The notes under the pieces: generated by a model
Seen by the model: only the letters and a program-made list of their open reading frames with translations
Told to the model about the DNA's origin: nothing
Database searches by the model: none
Translations under genes and position numbers: made by a program
NCBI GenBank assembly: GCA_046539325.1
Contig: JBKHHD010000004.1
Location: 16,549 to 80,548, forward strand
Reading direction: 5' to 3'
Source of the DNA: Candidatus Aenigmatarchaeota archaeon
GTDB taxonomy: Archaea > Aenigmatarchaeota > Aenigmatarchaeia > PWEA01
Length of the DNA stretch: 64,000 nt
Shown: positions 55,553 through 64,000 of the stretch, in pieces
How the letters are laid out: every line of letters starts with the position of its first letter
Numbering within the stretch: the first letter of the stretch is position 1

Positions 55553-56533
55553 ATGGGCGACGACGAACTGGTTGTCAAGATATCCATAATACTGCTACTG
55601 ATCCTTTCGCTTTACATACTGTGGCCCTACGTGTCTGCGCTCCTCTTCGCGATGATACTGGCCTACTTCTGCTACCCGCTCTACGAGAGGCTCCGCGAGA
55701 AAACCACGGACTTTGCGGCGGGTGCAGGTCTCACGGCGCTCGTGGCGGTTTTAACCATATTCATGGTCAGAGAAGGCACCAGGATCCTCATAAGAGAAGC
55801 TCAAAGGCTTTACAGAAAGCTACCTGAGCTACTGGCGAACTTCGGGAACCTTCAGGAAATAGAGTTCATGGGCTACAGAGTTATACAGGAGGCCTCGGAC
55901 ACGGCAATGACTAAATTACTGAACTACCTCACAGGTCTGGGGACGAGAATACCACATATTACCTTCTCACTTGTGATATTCTTCATAGGTTTCTTTTACT
56001 TCCTTACACAAGGAGAAAAACTGTACCAATACGTCAGAGACAATCTTCCACTCCACCAGGACAACAAGAAGAGGGTACTTAACAAGGTAAAGCTGAACGT
56101 CGACGGCTTCATCCGGGCCCAGATACTAGTAGCAGTCACCGAGGGTGTTGTAGGAGGAATCATATTCTATCTACTCGGACATTCTTATCCCGTCTTCTTC
56201 GGAATAATTATAGGCATACTTTCACTCATTCCCCTCCTTGGGCCTTCCCTCGTCTACTTCCCTGTTGGTATATACGAGATGCTGAAACAGGACTACCTCC
56301 TAGGTGCCGCATACATAATCTCCGGAATCTGTGTTGTAGCCATAGCAGACTACTTCATCAGACCCCGTGTAATGGGAAAAAAAGCAAAGATACATCCTTT
56401 TATAATCCTCCTGGGATTTGTAGGTGGAATCCACACATTTGGTCCAGGAGGAATAGTTATAGGTCCTGTCCTGCTTTCCCTGGCCGTAATTCTAATAGAT
56501 GAGCTCAAAATAAAGGACGGAAAAGAGGGCTAA
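55553..56533 (+). CDS. AI-2E family transporter (UPF0118/PerM-like)
   Basis: About 330 aa, 7-8 TM helices with the UPF0118-like N-terminal pattern. Confidence 0.6.
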   Translation: MGDDELVVKISIILLLILSLYILWPYVSALLFAMILAYFCYPLYERLREKTTDFAAGAGLTALVAVLTIFMVREGTRILIREAQRLYRKLPELLANFGNLQEIEFMGYRVIQEASDTAMTKLLNYLTGLGTRIPHITFSLVIFFIGFFYFLTQGEKLYQYVRDNLPLHQDNKKRVLNKVKLNVDGFIRAQILVAVTEGVVGGIIFYLLGHSYPVFFGIIIGILSLIPLLGPSLVYFPVGIYEMLKQDYLLGAAYIISGICVVAIADYFIRPRVMGKKAKIHPFIILLGFVGGIHTFGPGGIVIGPVLLSLAVILIDELKIKDGKEG

Positions 56534-58680
56534 TCTCCAAGTATTTCCTGGTCTTCCTGTGTATCCAGCTGCTCCTTTATCTTTTCTCCTGTCTTCGGTC
56601 CGATCACTTCCTTCAGGCGCGCCGCCGGAGCCGACCTCAGATCAGAGAGGCTTTTGAAGCCAGCCTTCCAGAGCTTCCTTGCCCTGACTCTTCCAACGCC
56701 TCTCAAACGAACAAGGGGGACTAGTTCTTCTCTTACACCGTGCTTCAGACGTGTTCTAAGTTTGCGTACAGGCTTGAGTTTGTCCTTCCTGTTCAGTAGA
56801 CGTGCCAGCTCCTGCATCGAATAAAGCAGCCAGTCTCCAAGTTCTTTACGGCTTCTCAGACCCCCGGGCGTTTCACCGTACTCTTCCATAAGCTTGTCTT
56901 CTCCCTTCTCCTTTATCCAGTCCTGGAGCATCAGAGCCGTCTTAACCGCTGAAAGGAAGTTTTCATAACCGAGATCCCAGGGTGATGGCGCGGGCTTCAG
57001 AAGCTCGTTCTCATGTTTCGCGAGTTCCCCCTGTATATTATCGAACTCGCTGTCCTTCATCCGCAAGGTCCTCATCTCACCCGTGCTACAGATAAGCGTA
57101 AGAAGACCAAATGCTGTGTACTGGCGCTCGCTTTCAAGACCAGCAAGAAGCTCGTGGGCTGAATCAGGATCCAAATAAAGTTCAGCAACTCTTTTTCCAA
57201 CCCTTGTAGGTTCCAGCCCACCTCTGTCCTGCTTTATGAAGCGCCAGTCCTCGAGTTTCCCTAAAATCCTATCGAGCTTCGATTCGATCTTCTTCATATC
57301 GTTGTACTGATGGTAGAAAAAGGTCTTTGAAAGGAAGTCGTTCAGTGATTCCTTATCTCTAGTTACCCTGGTAGATATCAGAGATAATATATGTGTCCGA
57401 AGAACTGGCTCAACGGCAAGCTTAGAGTATATTTCCTCCGCTTCGCCCCCTATAAACCTTTCCTTGAGTTCCTCGGCTTGATTCTCATTCTTCCCTATAA
57501 GTATTGCTTCACCATAGTCGTCGTAGTCAGGTCTGCCTGCCCGGCCGCTCATCTGCTCGTACTCCAGTACAGGTATAAACACCATACCTTTGTCCGGATG
57601 ATACCTCTTCGCGTCACGTATAAGAACTCGGAATGCAGGAAGGTTAACTCCTGCCGCGAGAGTAGGCGTCGCTGAGATCACCTTTATCAGCTTGTCCCGA
57701 AAAGCGTCCTCTATGAGATTTCTCTGGCCGTTTGCAAGGCCGGCGTGATGGAAGGCCGCTCCTGTCCTGACACACTTCGCAAGCCTTTTGCACTGCTTCG
57801 TAGGCTGCGAAGGAACATCCAGTATTTCCTCTGCTAGTTCATCCAACTCCTCCTTCTCGTCTTCGGATAAATGGTACGATATCTCCCCGCCGGTTTTTTC
57901 GGCTATCGACTCGGCATTCCTCCTTGAGGAAGCAAAGATCAAGGCTTGTTTGTTGATATCCAAGGTATGGTCCGAGATAACATGCTCTCCTCTACCGCTT
58001 CTATCAAAACCAAGGTCTTCCTGCTGCTGGAACTCTACTTTGTTGCCATCGAAGACTCCTTCATGAAGCTCCACGGGTCTGTAGTCAGAGGATACGAGTT
58101 CCGCGTCCAGCCAACCAGCAAGCTCATCTGCATTTGAGATAGTAGCCGAAAGGCCAAGAATTTGCGCATCTGTGATCTGCCTAAGCCTTGTAAGCGTTAC
58201 TTCAAGTGTGGGTCCACGTGATTCGTCGTTGAGAAGGTGTATTTCATCCGAAACTACAAGTCCTATATCTTCCACCCAGGAAGGATCGTGCCTGAGAATT
58301 GAATCCATCTTCTCCGAGGTAGTTATAATCAGGTCGTAGTTTCCGAGGCCGGAAGCAGATGAATCGTAGTCTCCCACGGACACAGCTACGTCCATTCCAA
58401 GCTCCTCGTACTTCTTGAAGTCGTTGTACTTCTCCTGCGCCAAAGCTCGTAGGGGCACGATGTAGACGCATTTCTTGTTTTCTTGCAGTATCCTTTTGAG
58501 AAAGGCAAACTCAGCTATAGCTGTCTTACCTGAGGCCGTTGGGGCAGCAACGACCATTGATTCCTTTTCAAGAAGTCCAGAATCCACCGCCTTCTCCTGC
58601 GGAGGATTAAGCTCCTCTATACCTCTTTCGACGAACTTACCCTTGCTTTTCTCGGGGATATCCAAGTCTTCTACAAGCAT
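56530..58680 (-). CDS. hel308: Hel308/Hjm Ski2-like DNA helicase
   Basis: Walker A APTASGKT, DEIH box, SAT and helicase C-terminal motifs, winged-helix/ratchet region, C-terminal HhH-like tail; 716 aa. Confidence 0.9.
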   Translation of the reverse strand: MLVEDLDIPEKSKGKFVERGIEELNPPQEKAVDSGLLEKESMVVAAPTASGKTAIAEFAFLKRILQENKKCVYIVPLRALAQEKYNDFKKYEELGMDVAVSVGDYDSSASGLGNYDLIITTSEKMDSILRHDPSWVEDIGLVVSDEIHLLNDESRGPTLEVTLTRLRQITDAQILGLSATISNADELAGWLDAELVSSDYRPVELHEGVFDGNKVEFQQQEDLGFDRSGRGEHVISDHTLDINKQALIFASSRRNAESIAEKTGGEISYHLSEDEKEELDELAEEILDVPSQPTKQCKRLAKCVRTGAAFHHAGLANGQRNLIEDAFRDKLIKVISATPTLAAGVNLPAFRVLIRDAKRYHPDKGMVFIPVLEYEQMSGRAGRPDYDDYGEAILIGKNENQAEELKERFIGGEAEEIYSKLAVEPVLRTHILSLISTRVTRDKESLNDFLSKTFFYHQYNDMKKIESKLDRILGKLEDWRFIKQDRGGLEPTRVGKRVAELYLDPDSAHELLAGLESERQYTAFGLLTLICSTGEMRTLRMKDSEFDNIQGELAKHENELLKPAPSPWDLGYENFLSAVKTALMLQDWIKEKGEDKLMEEYGETPGGLRSRKELGDWLLYSMQELARLLNRKDKLKPVRKLRTRLKHGVREELVPLVRLRGVGRVRARKLWKAGFKSLSDLRSAPAARLKEVIGPKTGEKIKEQLDTQEDQEILGD

Positions 58681-58786
58681 GGGTAAATCATTAGAAATGG
58701 ATTCTTTTAAATCAAAACTGTTAAGATGATTCTACTTACAAACCGAGGTCAAAGTATTTTATTAAAGAACAACAATTCTAGATAAT

Positions 58787-59404
58787 ATGAAAGGAAAGTT
58801 CATCGTGATAGAAGGTATAGATGGCTCCGGGACTACAACCCAAACAAAACTTCTCTGTGAATGGCTTGAGGAAAACAAAAAGGAATACGTGAGAACGCAG
58901 GAACCGGTCAAGGAAGATCTCCACATAGGCAAGGTCATAAAAGAACATCTCGTCCAGGACGACGACGATCACTCGCCTGAGTCCATAGCTTTGGCTTTCG
59001 CCGCAGACCGCCTGATCCACCTCGAAGACAGGGTTGTTCCAGCACTCGAGGAAGGCAAAACTGTTGTCTCGGACCGTTACTACCATTCCTCCATGGTCTA
59101 CCAGCCAGAGCATGGCGCCGACCTGAGTTGGGTGAAGGAGATAAACAAGTACGCTAGGGAGCCTGATGCAACGATAATAGTGGATGTACCGGCAAAGGAG
59201 TCGATGAAAAGGCAGCAGAAGAGGGATGGTGGAGAAAGTTCAGTTATATTTGAAAACCTCGACTTCCAGAAAAGGATAAGAGAAAGGTATATAGAGCTGG
59301 AGGAAAAGCTCGACGAAGACATCTACATAGTGGATGGAGTAAGGAGCAAGCAAGAGGTTCATGAAGATATAATAGAAGTTGTCGAGGAAGTTTTAGGGAA
59401 ATAA
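58787..59404 (+). CDS. tmk: thymidylate kinase
   Basis: P-loop IEGIDGSGTTTQ, DRY motif (VSDRYYHS). Confidence 0.9.
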   Translation: MKGKFIVIEGIDGSGTTTQTKLLCEWLEENKKEYVRTQEPVKEDLHIGKVIKEHLVQDDDDHSPESIALAFAADRLIHLEDRVVPALEEGKTVVSDRYYHSSMVYQPEHGADLSWVKEINKYAREPDATIIVDVPAKESMKRQQKRDGGESSVIFENLDFQKRIRERYIELEEKLDEDIYIVDGVRSKQEVHEDIIEVVEEVLGK

Positions 59405-59405
59405 C

Positions 59406-59945
59406 TCATTGAACTCCGTCATCACATTTCTCTATATAGTCTGTGGGAATCTCTTCCGAAAGGTATAACTCGTCGTTTGCCTTGTAAAACTTGATTCCAT
59501 TTTCCCTTGCCTTCACACAATCTATCTTAAGCAAAACCGGGTCGTCTGTCCTTCTTTCGCCGACCTCTCTTGCTATATCCTTGGCCGAAGAAAGGTGAAC
59601 CATATTTCTGTCCCTCGCTTCCAATCCATTTAAGAGAATCTTGTATGCAGCCTTGCTTGTAGTTCCATGGTAAAGCTCCTCTACGTCTTCGTCCTCTGGT
59701 AGATCGATCTCAATGTCCAAAGAATGACCGTAAAGGGCTCTTATCTTATCGTCCTTTATCTCGTATCTCTTCTTACCTTCTTCAACTATGCTTTCAACGA
59801 ACTCTCTGTCAATATCAGGAAATCTCTCCTCCAGCTTATCAACAAGATCCTCGATTTCCACAAAGCCGTTTTTATCCATTTCAAGTCCTTCGGGTTCGTG
59901 TCTCAACCAGTAAGACATCTGCTTGCTTACATCAACTTTATCCAT
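59406..59945 (-). CDS. kptA: RNA 2'-phosphotransferase KptA/Tpt1
   Basis: SYWLRHEPEGL, LYHGTTSKAAYKIL and RNMVHLS motifs. Confidence 0.8.
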   Translation of the reverse strand: MDKVDVSKQMSYWLRHEPEGLEMDKNGFVEIEDLVDKLEERFPDIDREFVESIVEEGKKRYEIKDDKIRALYGHSLDIEIDLPEDEDVEELYHGTTSKAAYKILLNGLEARDRNMVHLSSAKDIAREVGERRTDDPVLLKIDCVKARENGIKFYKANDELYLSEEIPTDYIEKCDDGVQ

Positions 59946-59949
59946 AATA

Positions 59950-60357
59950 TCATTCCATTTTTACAGTTTCCCATACGATCTTTCCTTCCTCCACAGCTTC
60001 CTTGATCTTTCTCTGAACTGAACTAAGCTTACTTTGCCCCGTTTTTACATCTGCAAGCACTACTTTTATATCTTCCGATTCCTCGCTAATACCATCAAAT
60101 ATAACATAATCGACGGGCGAGCCCAAAAAACGTGCGTCCGAAGCTTTGTAGTCGAACTCTTGTGTAAAGGGCGCAAGGTGCTCGGAAATCTTCCCCTTCA
60201 ACGTCGACCTGCTTCTCTCCAGAGCGTCCCTTCTTATCTCATCCTCCCTTTCCTCGACCCTTTTCTCCACTTCGTGCCGAAGCTTCCATCGAAGATAAAG
60301 AACATAGAGAAAAAACGCAGAGGCTACAAAAGAAAGTAAAATTACAATATAGTTCAT
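59950..60357 (-). CDS. membrane-anchored Hjc-like PD-(D/E)xK fold protein, putative
   Basis: N-terminal TM helix, then RFLGSPVDYVIFDG...IKVVLADVKTGQ, which parallels the Hjc core RSAGS..DLVA....IEVK; tentative. Confidence 0.4.
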   Translation of the reverse strand: MNYIVILLSFVASAFFLYVLYLRWKLRHEVEKRVEEREDEIRRDALERSRSTLKGKISEHLAPFTQEFDYKASDARFLGSPVDYVIFDGISEESEDIKVVLADVKTGQSKLSSVQRKIKEAVEEGKIVWETVKME

Positions 60358-60361
60358 GGTC

Positions 60362-62338
60362 TCATCCTACAACGATTCCTCCTCCGGGAGGTATCAGAGG
60401 CTTTACGTTTTCCTTTCTGATCTTCTTGACGAACTTTCTGTCCTCGGGCGCAGCCTTCTGCGTAAGTTTGCTTATAACCTCCCGGGCCAGTTCATCCTTC
60501 GCCACGTTTCCAGGATTCAACGAAACAAAGTAGTCAGCTTTGTTTCTGACTGACTGGGTGGAGCCGTTGAAAACTCTTATCTCGTTTTCCTTTCTATCAA
60601 GTTTGACGCCTATGGATATCTTAAGCTCCGTCCTCTTGAGGTATTTCTTCTCACCTTTTATCATGAAGGACCCTTTTCCTATATACTCTCCTGAAGGAGC
60701 ATCCTTGCTGACCTGTTCAGGCCTGACCCAGTATACGTCCACGCTTCCTAGACCTCTCTTCCAGGCCTTCGAAAAGGAGGCACAGAACTCCGAAGCTTCT
60801 CTGATAGCAAGAGGTGTTACGTCCTTGTCCTTCGTCTTTATAATGGTGAACGGCGACCCCTCGATCTCAGCATGTAAAATAACATCGTCCTTGTCAACCT
60901 TATCCTTCACAAGCTCCTCGTTCTGGCTTGCGCTCTTACCGGCAACCACAAGAAAGTCTTCGGATGTCTTAAACCATCTGTACTTTTTATACCAACCATT
61001 CTCCCCTTCCTTGACCTTGATCTTTTCCTCTGGTTTTGACCTCTTCTTGTTTTCGGCGTAATCCTCCTTATCCTTTTGCTTTATAGACCTTTCCTTCTGT
61101 ATGATTTCCTTCTTCTTTTCCTTTATCTTTTCTATCTTATCTCTCGCTTTCTTCTTGCTCTCGTAGAAGGACTCGGCATTCTCCTCAACAGACTTCCTGA
61201 AGTTAAGCTCTATCTCCTTATCATCGACCTCCACTACAACCACGCCTTCACCTTCCCTTATCTCCTTCACAGCTCTCGCCTGGGGCGTATCCTCCTGGTC
61301 AATCCTCTCCTTGACCTCGCTCCAAGAGACGTCCGAGTTCATTGCCTTCTGTATCCCGCTGAGGATATCATCCACAAGGCTGTAGTTCTCGTATATTATG
61401 TTAGCTTTCTCCTCGGACTCCTTCTTCTTCTCGCTCATCTCCTCCTCGACCTCCTCCTGCTCCTCCTTTATCCTCTGGACCTTTGATAGTTTCTCCTCCT
61501 TTTTCTCTTCGGCTTCCTTTTCGACTTCCTCCTTCTCCTTCTCTGAGAAAAAGTCATCAAGAGCCCTGTTAAAGGTCTCATACCTCTCGTATCCTTTGTC
61601 CTCAAATTTACTCAATGGAAAAGGAACTGCAGCCAGCTTCTTGTTTCCTCCCTTGACTATGCCTGGATCCGTTTCCTCTTTGAACAGGGACATAACGCTT
61701 CTTCTCAGTTTGTTTATCTCTGCGTCATCCAGCTCTTCGCCTAGTTTGGACTTGTCGATGCCTGCTTTAAAGCAAGCCTCCTCGGCCCATCTACCACCTA
61801 GGTTCAGATCCCTTGCAATCTTCCTGACAACCTCCCTATCGGTATCTATAAACCTCCCGAACTCCCGGCTTCCAAGCTTCCTTGGATCCTTTCCAGCAGG
61901 TGGATACTTATAGATCTCTCCCTTTGCAACCTTCCTCTCGCTCCACTTCTGAACCTCCAGAGGCTGGACAATTTTACCATCCCTATCCAACAAGATGAAG
62001 TTACCCTTACCGAAGAGCTCACATACAAGGATAGAACCTTCGGTGTGTATCTCAACTATCCTATCGAACTTGTGTTGTTTGACTTCCCTTATAGTCTCGT
62101 TGCGGAGATGCTTCCTGAGAAACATGCAGAAGTTAGGCGGCTTTCTTGGTCCTTTCCTATCATAGCGCGAAATGTATATCTTACCAGGCTCGAGGATAAG
62201 GTCGTAGCTGTCACCCTTAGCGTAGACGTCGATGCGCAGCCTCCTGTCCCTCTGATAGATCTTCTGTATCTTGCCGCCCTGAAGGCTCTTCAACTCCTCC
62301 ACAGCGTAGTAGACGTCAAGGGAGTTCATTTCCTCCAT
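60362..62338 (-). CDS. NFACT-family protein (Rqc2/RqcH homolog, fibronectin-binding protein A-like)
   Basis: NFACT-N domain at the N-terminus, long coiled-coil middle, DUF814-like region (GSPFTIIKTKD...), about 660 aa. The start is taken at the internal Met (MEEMNSLDVY). Confidence 0.75.
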   Translation of the reverse strand: MEEMNSLDVYYAVEELKSLQGGKIQKIYQRDRRLRIDVYAKGDSYDLILEPGKIYISRYDRKGPRKPPNFCMFLRKHLRNETIREVKQHKFDRIVEIHTEGSILVCELFGKGNFILLDRDGKIVQPLEVQKWSERKVAKGEIYKYPPAGKDPRKLGSREFGRFIDTDREVVRKIARDLNLGGRWAEEACFKAGIDKSKLGEELDDAEINKLRRSVMSLFKEETDPGIVKGGNKKLAAVPFPLSKFEDKGYERYETFNRALDDFFSEKEKEEVEKEAEEKKEEKLSKVQRIKEEQEEVEEEMSEKKKESEEKANIIYENYSLVDDILSGIQKAMNSDVSWSEVKERIDQEDTPQARAVKEIREGEGVVVVEVDDKEIELNFRKSVEENAESFYESKKKARDKIEKIKEKKKEIIQKERSIKQKDKEDYAENKKRSKPEEKIKVKEGENGWYKKYRWFKTSEDFLVVAGKSASQNEELVKDKVDKDDVILHAEIEGSPFTIIKTKDKDVTPLAIREASEFCASFSKAWKRGLGSVDVYWVRPEQVSKDAPSGEYIGKGSFMIKGEKKYLKRTELKISIGVKLDRKENEIRVFNGSTQSVRNKADYFVSLNPGNVAKDELAREVISKLTQKAAPEDRKFVKKIRKENVKPLIPPGGGIVVG

Positions 62339-62396
62339 AGTAAATCCTATCCATAGTTTCAGCGTCAGGATTAAAAAGTTTGACAGGCTCGAACAG

Positions 62397-62933
62397 CTAG
62401 GCCCCCTCAAGGAATTCCTCTGATTCCTCACCCAGCGTCTCCTCCAGTTTCTCCTCCAACTCCTTCCTCTCTTCTATACCGAAGTAGTTCTTGAACTCGT
62501 CCGTGATCTCCAACGTCTTCGTTCGCTTATGCTTTTCTGTCCTTATCAGTTGTTTCCTCTCCAGATCTTTGATGTAAGAATAGGCACGGTTTCCTATAAT
62601 CTTGGCTATGTTCGACTGCTTTATAGGTCCCCTGAAAGCGACGAGAGCGAGAACTTTAAGCTGGCCACGGGAGAGATCGGAGTAAGGCGTGAGATGCGAG
62701 ACTTCGTCCAGATGCTCAGGTTTTACTCTCAGTTCGTAGCCTTCTGCTGACTGGAATAGTTCAATTCCATGGCTTTCATCGGAAAACTTTTTCCTTATGT
62801 TCTCCAATGAATTATTCACTTCCTTCTTATCAGCTTCTGAAACCTTTTTCAGCTTTTGAGCTGTCAACGGCTCCGAGGAGATAAACATAGCAGCCTCGAT
62901 TACGGCTTCTGTTTCCTCACTCATCTGTATCAC
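62397..62933 (-). CDS. scpB: segregation and condensation protein B
   Basis: Tandem wHTH with EAAMFISSEPL and RGQLKVLALVAFRGPIKQSNIAKIIG signatures. Confidence 0.8.
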   Translation of the reverse strand: MIQMSEETEAVIEAAMFISSEPLTAQKLKKVSEADKKEVNNSLENIRKKFSDESHGIELFQSAEGYELRVKPEHLDEVSHLTPYSDLSRGQLKVLALVAFRGPIKQSNIAKIIGNRAYSYIKDLERKQLIRTEKHKRTKTLEITDEFKNYFGIEERKELEEKLEETLGEESEEFLEGA

Positions 62934-63618
62934 CGATCCTGATAACTATATCCTTAAAGTAGTCATCCTGCTCTGCCTCGACCCTACCTTCCTGGTTTAG
63001 ACGTAGTAGAGGCGAGAAGTTTCTCACTACTTCTTCCCTGCTCCATTCAGGCAAAAGATCTGAAAAGGTGGTCTTTCCTTCCTTCATATTTTCAAGTATA
63101 TTGTCTATCTTTGAATAAAGTTTTTCTATTCTCTCCTCTATATCCTCCTTCTGGCCATCTATGGGCATCGCTTCCTTGACCCTTTTCTCTTTCCTGCTCT
63201 TCCTCTTCTCTCTCCTCTCCTTCGTATCAAAGGCCTTTTTGAAGGCTTCGATAAGTTCATCGGCTGTAGCTTTTCTCACAGGCTTCCTTTTCTTCGGTGC
63301 CTCCAAATGCGGTATATCGGAAACATCTATGTCCAGTTCCTCTATGTCCACCTCTTCCGCCTCTTTCTTCTCTTCCTTCTCCTCCCACATAAGGAGTTCC
63401 ACCTTGATACGGAGCAAGATGGCCATGACAATTACGACTCTCGCAGGGACAGTAAAGTTGAACTTCTGCCATTTCTCCACGAACTTGGAGAACGCATTGG
63501 CCAGCTCCACGAGATCTATATCCCATGGATCTATACCCTCCTGGGAAATTATCCAGTCCAGAGTCTCTTCCCAGTTCGGCTCAGTCCTCGCAAAGTCCAG
63601 AATCTCCTGCTCCTTCAT
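62917..63618 (-). CDS. scpA: segregation and condensation protein A (kleisin)
   Basis: Position between smc and scpB, N-terminal ScpA-like helix (WDIDLVELANAF), acidic middle, C-terminal wHTH. Confidence 0.65.
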   Translation of the reverse strand: MKEQEILDFARTEPNWEETLDWIISQEGIDPWDIDLVELANAFSKFVEKWQKFNFTVPARVVIVMAILLRIKVELLMWEEKEEKKEAEEVDIEELDIDVSDIPHLEAPKKRKPVRKATADELIEAFKKAFDTKERREKRKSRKEKRVKEAMPIDGQKEDIEERIEKLYSKIDNILENMKEGKTTFSDLLPEWSREEVVRNFSPLLRLNQEGRVEAEQDDYFKDIVIRIGDTDE

Positions 63619-63659
63619 ACAGCAAAGAATTAGCTTCCGAAGCTTAAAACTTTTCGACT

Positions 63660-64000
63660 TTATTCCTCTGGCATCTCCAGAGCCATAACTTCTGAGGCAC
63701 CTTCCTCCATAGAAACGCCGTAGACGTAGTCCGCCTTCTGCAAGGTCTGATCGTTATGAGTTATTACTAAGAACTGAGCGTCAGTGGAGTGCTTGTCTAT
63801 CATCTCTGCAACCTTCTTCGAGTTCTTGTTGTCCAGAGCAGCATCTATCTCGTCAAGAATGTAAAAAGGCGCTGGGTCATAAAGCTGCACTGCAAAGAGA
63901 AACGCTATAGCTGTCAGTGACTTCTCTCCACCGGACATGGAGTCCAGCGAAAGCCTGTTGCCGCCTGAGGTCTCGGCCTCAATTATCAATCCTGACTTTA
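63660..64000 (-). CDS. smc: SMC chromosome segregation ATPase, C-terminal part (gene continues beyond window)
   Basis: ABC signature LSGGEKSLTAIAFLFAVQ, Walker B/D-loop YILDEIDAALD. The frame stays open to the window edge. Confidence 0.85.
   Translation of the reverse strand, partial: KSGLIIEAETSGGNRLSLDSMSGGEKSLTAIAFLFAVQLYDPAPFYILDEIDAALDNKNSKKVAEMIDKHSTDAQFLVITHNDQTLQKADYVYGVSMEEGASEVMALEMPEE

Noticed and set aside
1-64000. CRISPR arrays, rRNA genes, integrases/transposases, inteins
   Set aside because: No regularly spaced direct repeats, no rRNA-like conserved stretches, and no recombinase or Hint-domain motifs were found on either strand.

Overview
This is a gene-dense window of about 90% coding sequence with many overlapping stop/start junctions, almost certainly from an archaeal chromosome. 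The archaeal hallmarks are a TFB transcription factor, an archaeal class-I CCA-adding enzyme, Trm1 and THUMP-Trm11 tRNA methyltransferases, a Hel308 helicase, class-I HMG-CoA reductase, a split LplA lipoate ligase, an smc-scpA-scpB operon and a tRNA gene interrupted by two introns. Proteins are K/E/D-rich and acidic. Composition and the multi-intron tRNA suggest a small-genome lineage, possibly DPANN-like, but this is a low-confidence guess and I computed nothing. The content is dominated by translation and RNA-processing housekeeping genes: argS, serS, a class-II lysS, cca, trm1, trm11, rtcA, kptA, a beta-CASP RNase and a YhaM-like OB+HD nuclease. There is also a lipoylation cluster (lpd, gcvH, DUF169, lplA-N, lplA-C), transporters (an SNF-family sodium symporter, a PiT-like transporter, a MacB-type ABC system, an AI-2E family transporter, TspO, PspC) and an unusual number of membrane-tethered wHTH regulators. 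I found no CRISPR array, rRNA, integrase or transposase. The items most worth a second look are: (i) a 153-nt tRNA gene best read as tRNA-Thr(UGU) with a D-loop intron plus a canonical intron; (ii) an inorganic pyrophosphatase gene carrying a 1-nt deletion and lacking the conserved FFxxYK segment; (iii) a roughly 50-codon remnant matching the N-terminus of RuvB-like/TIP49 AAA+ proteins; (iv) a translationally coupled three-gene operon (38033-40228) of completely unrecognisable proteins with a divergent fourth unknown gene, which is my best candidate for an undescribed system; (v) a HEPN/wHTH-MNT/NTase triad; (vi) several PD-(D/E)xK-like orphan nucleases. All functional calls come from motif-level reading of the supplied translations. 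No database search was run.
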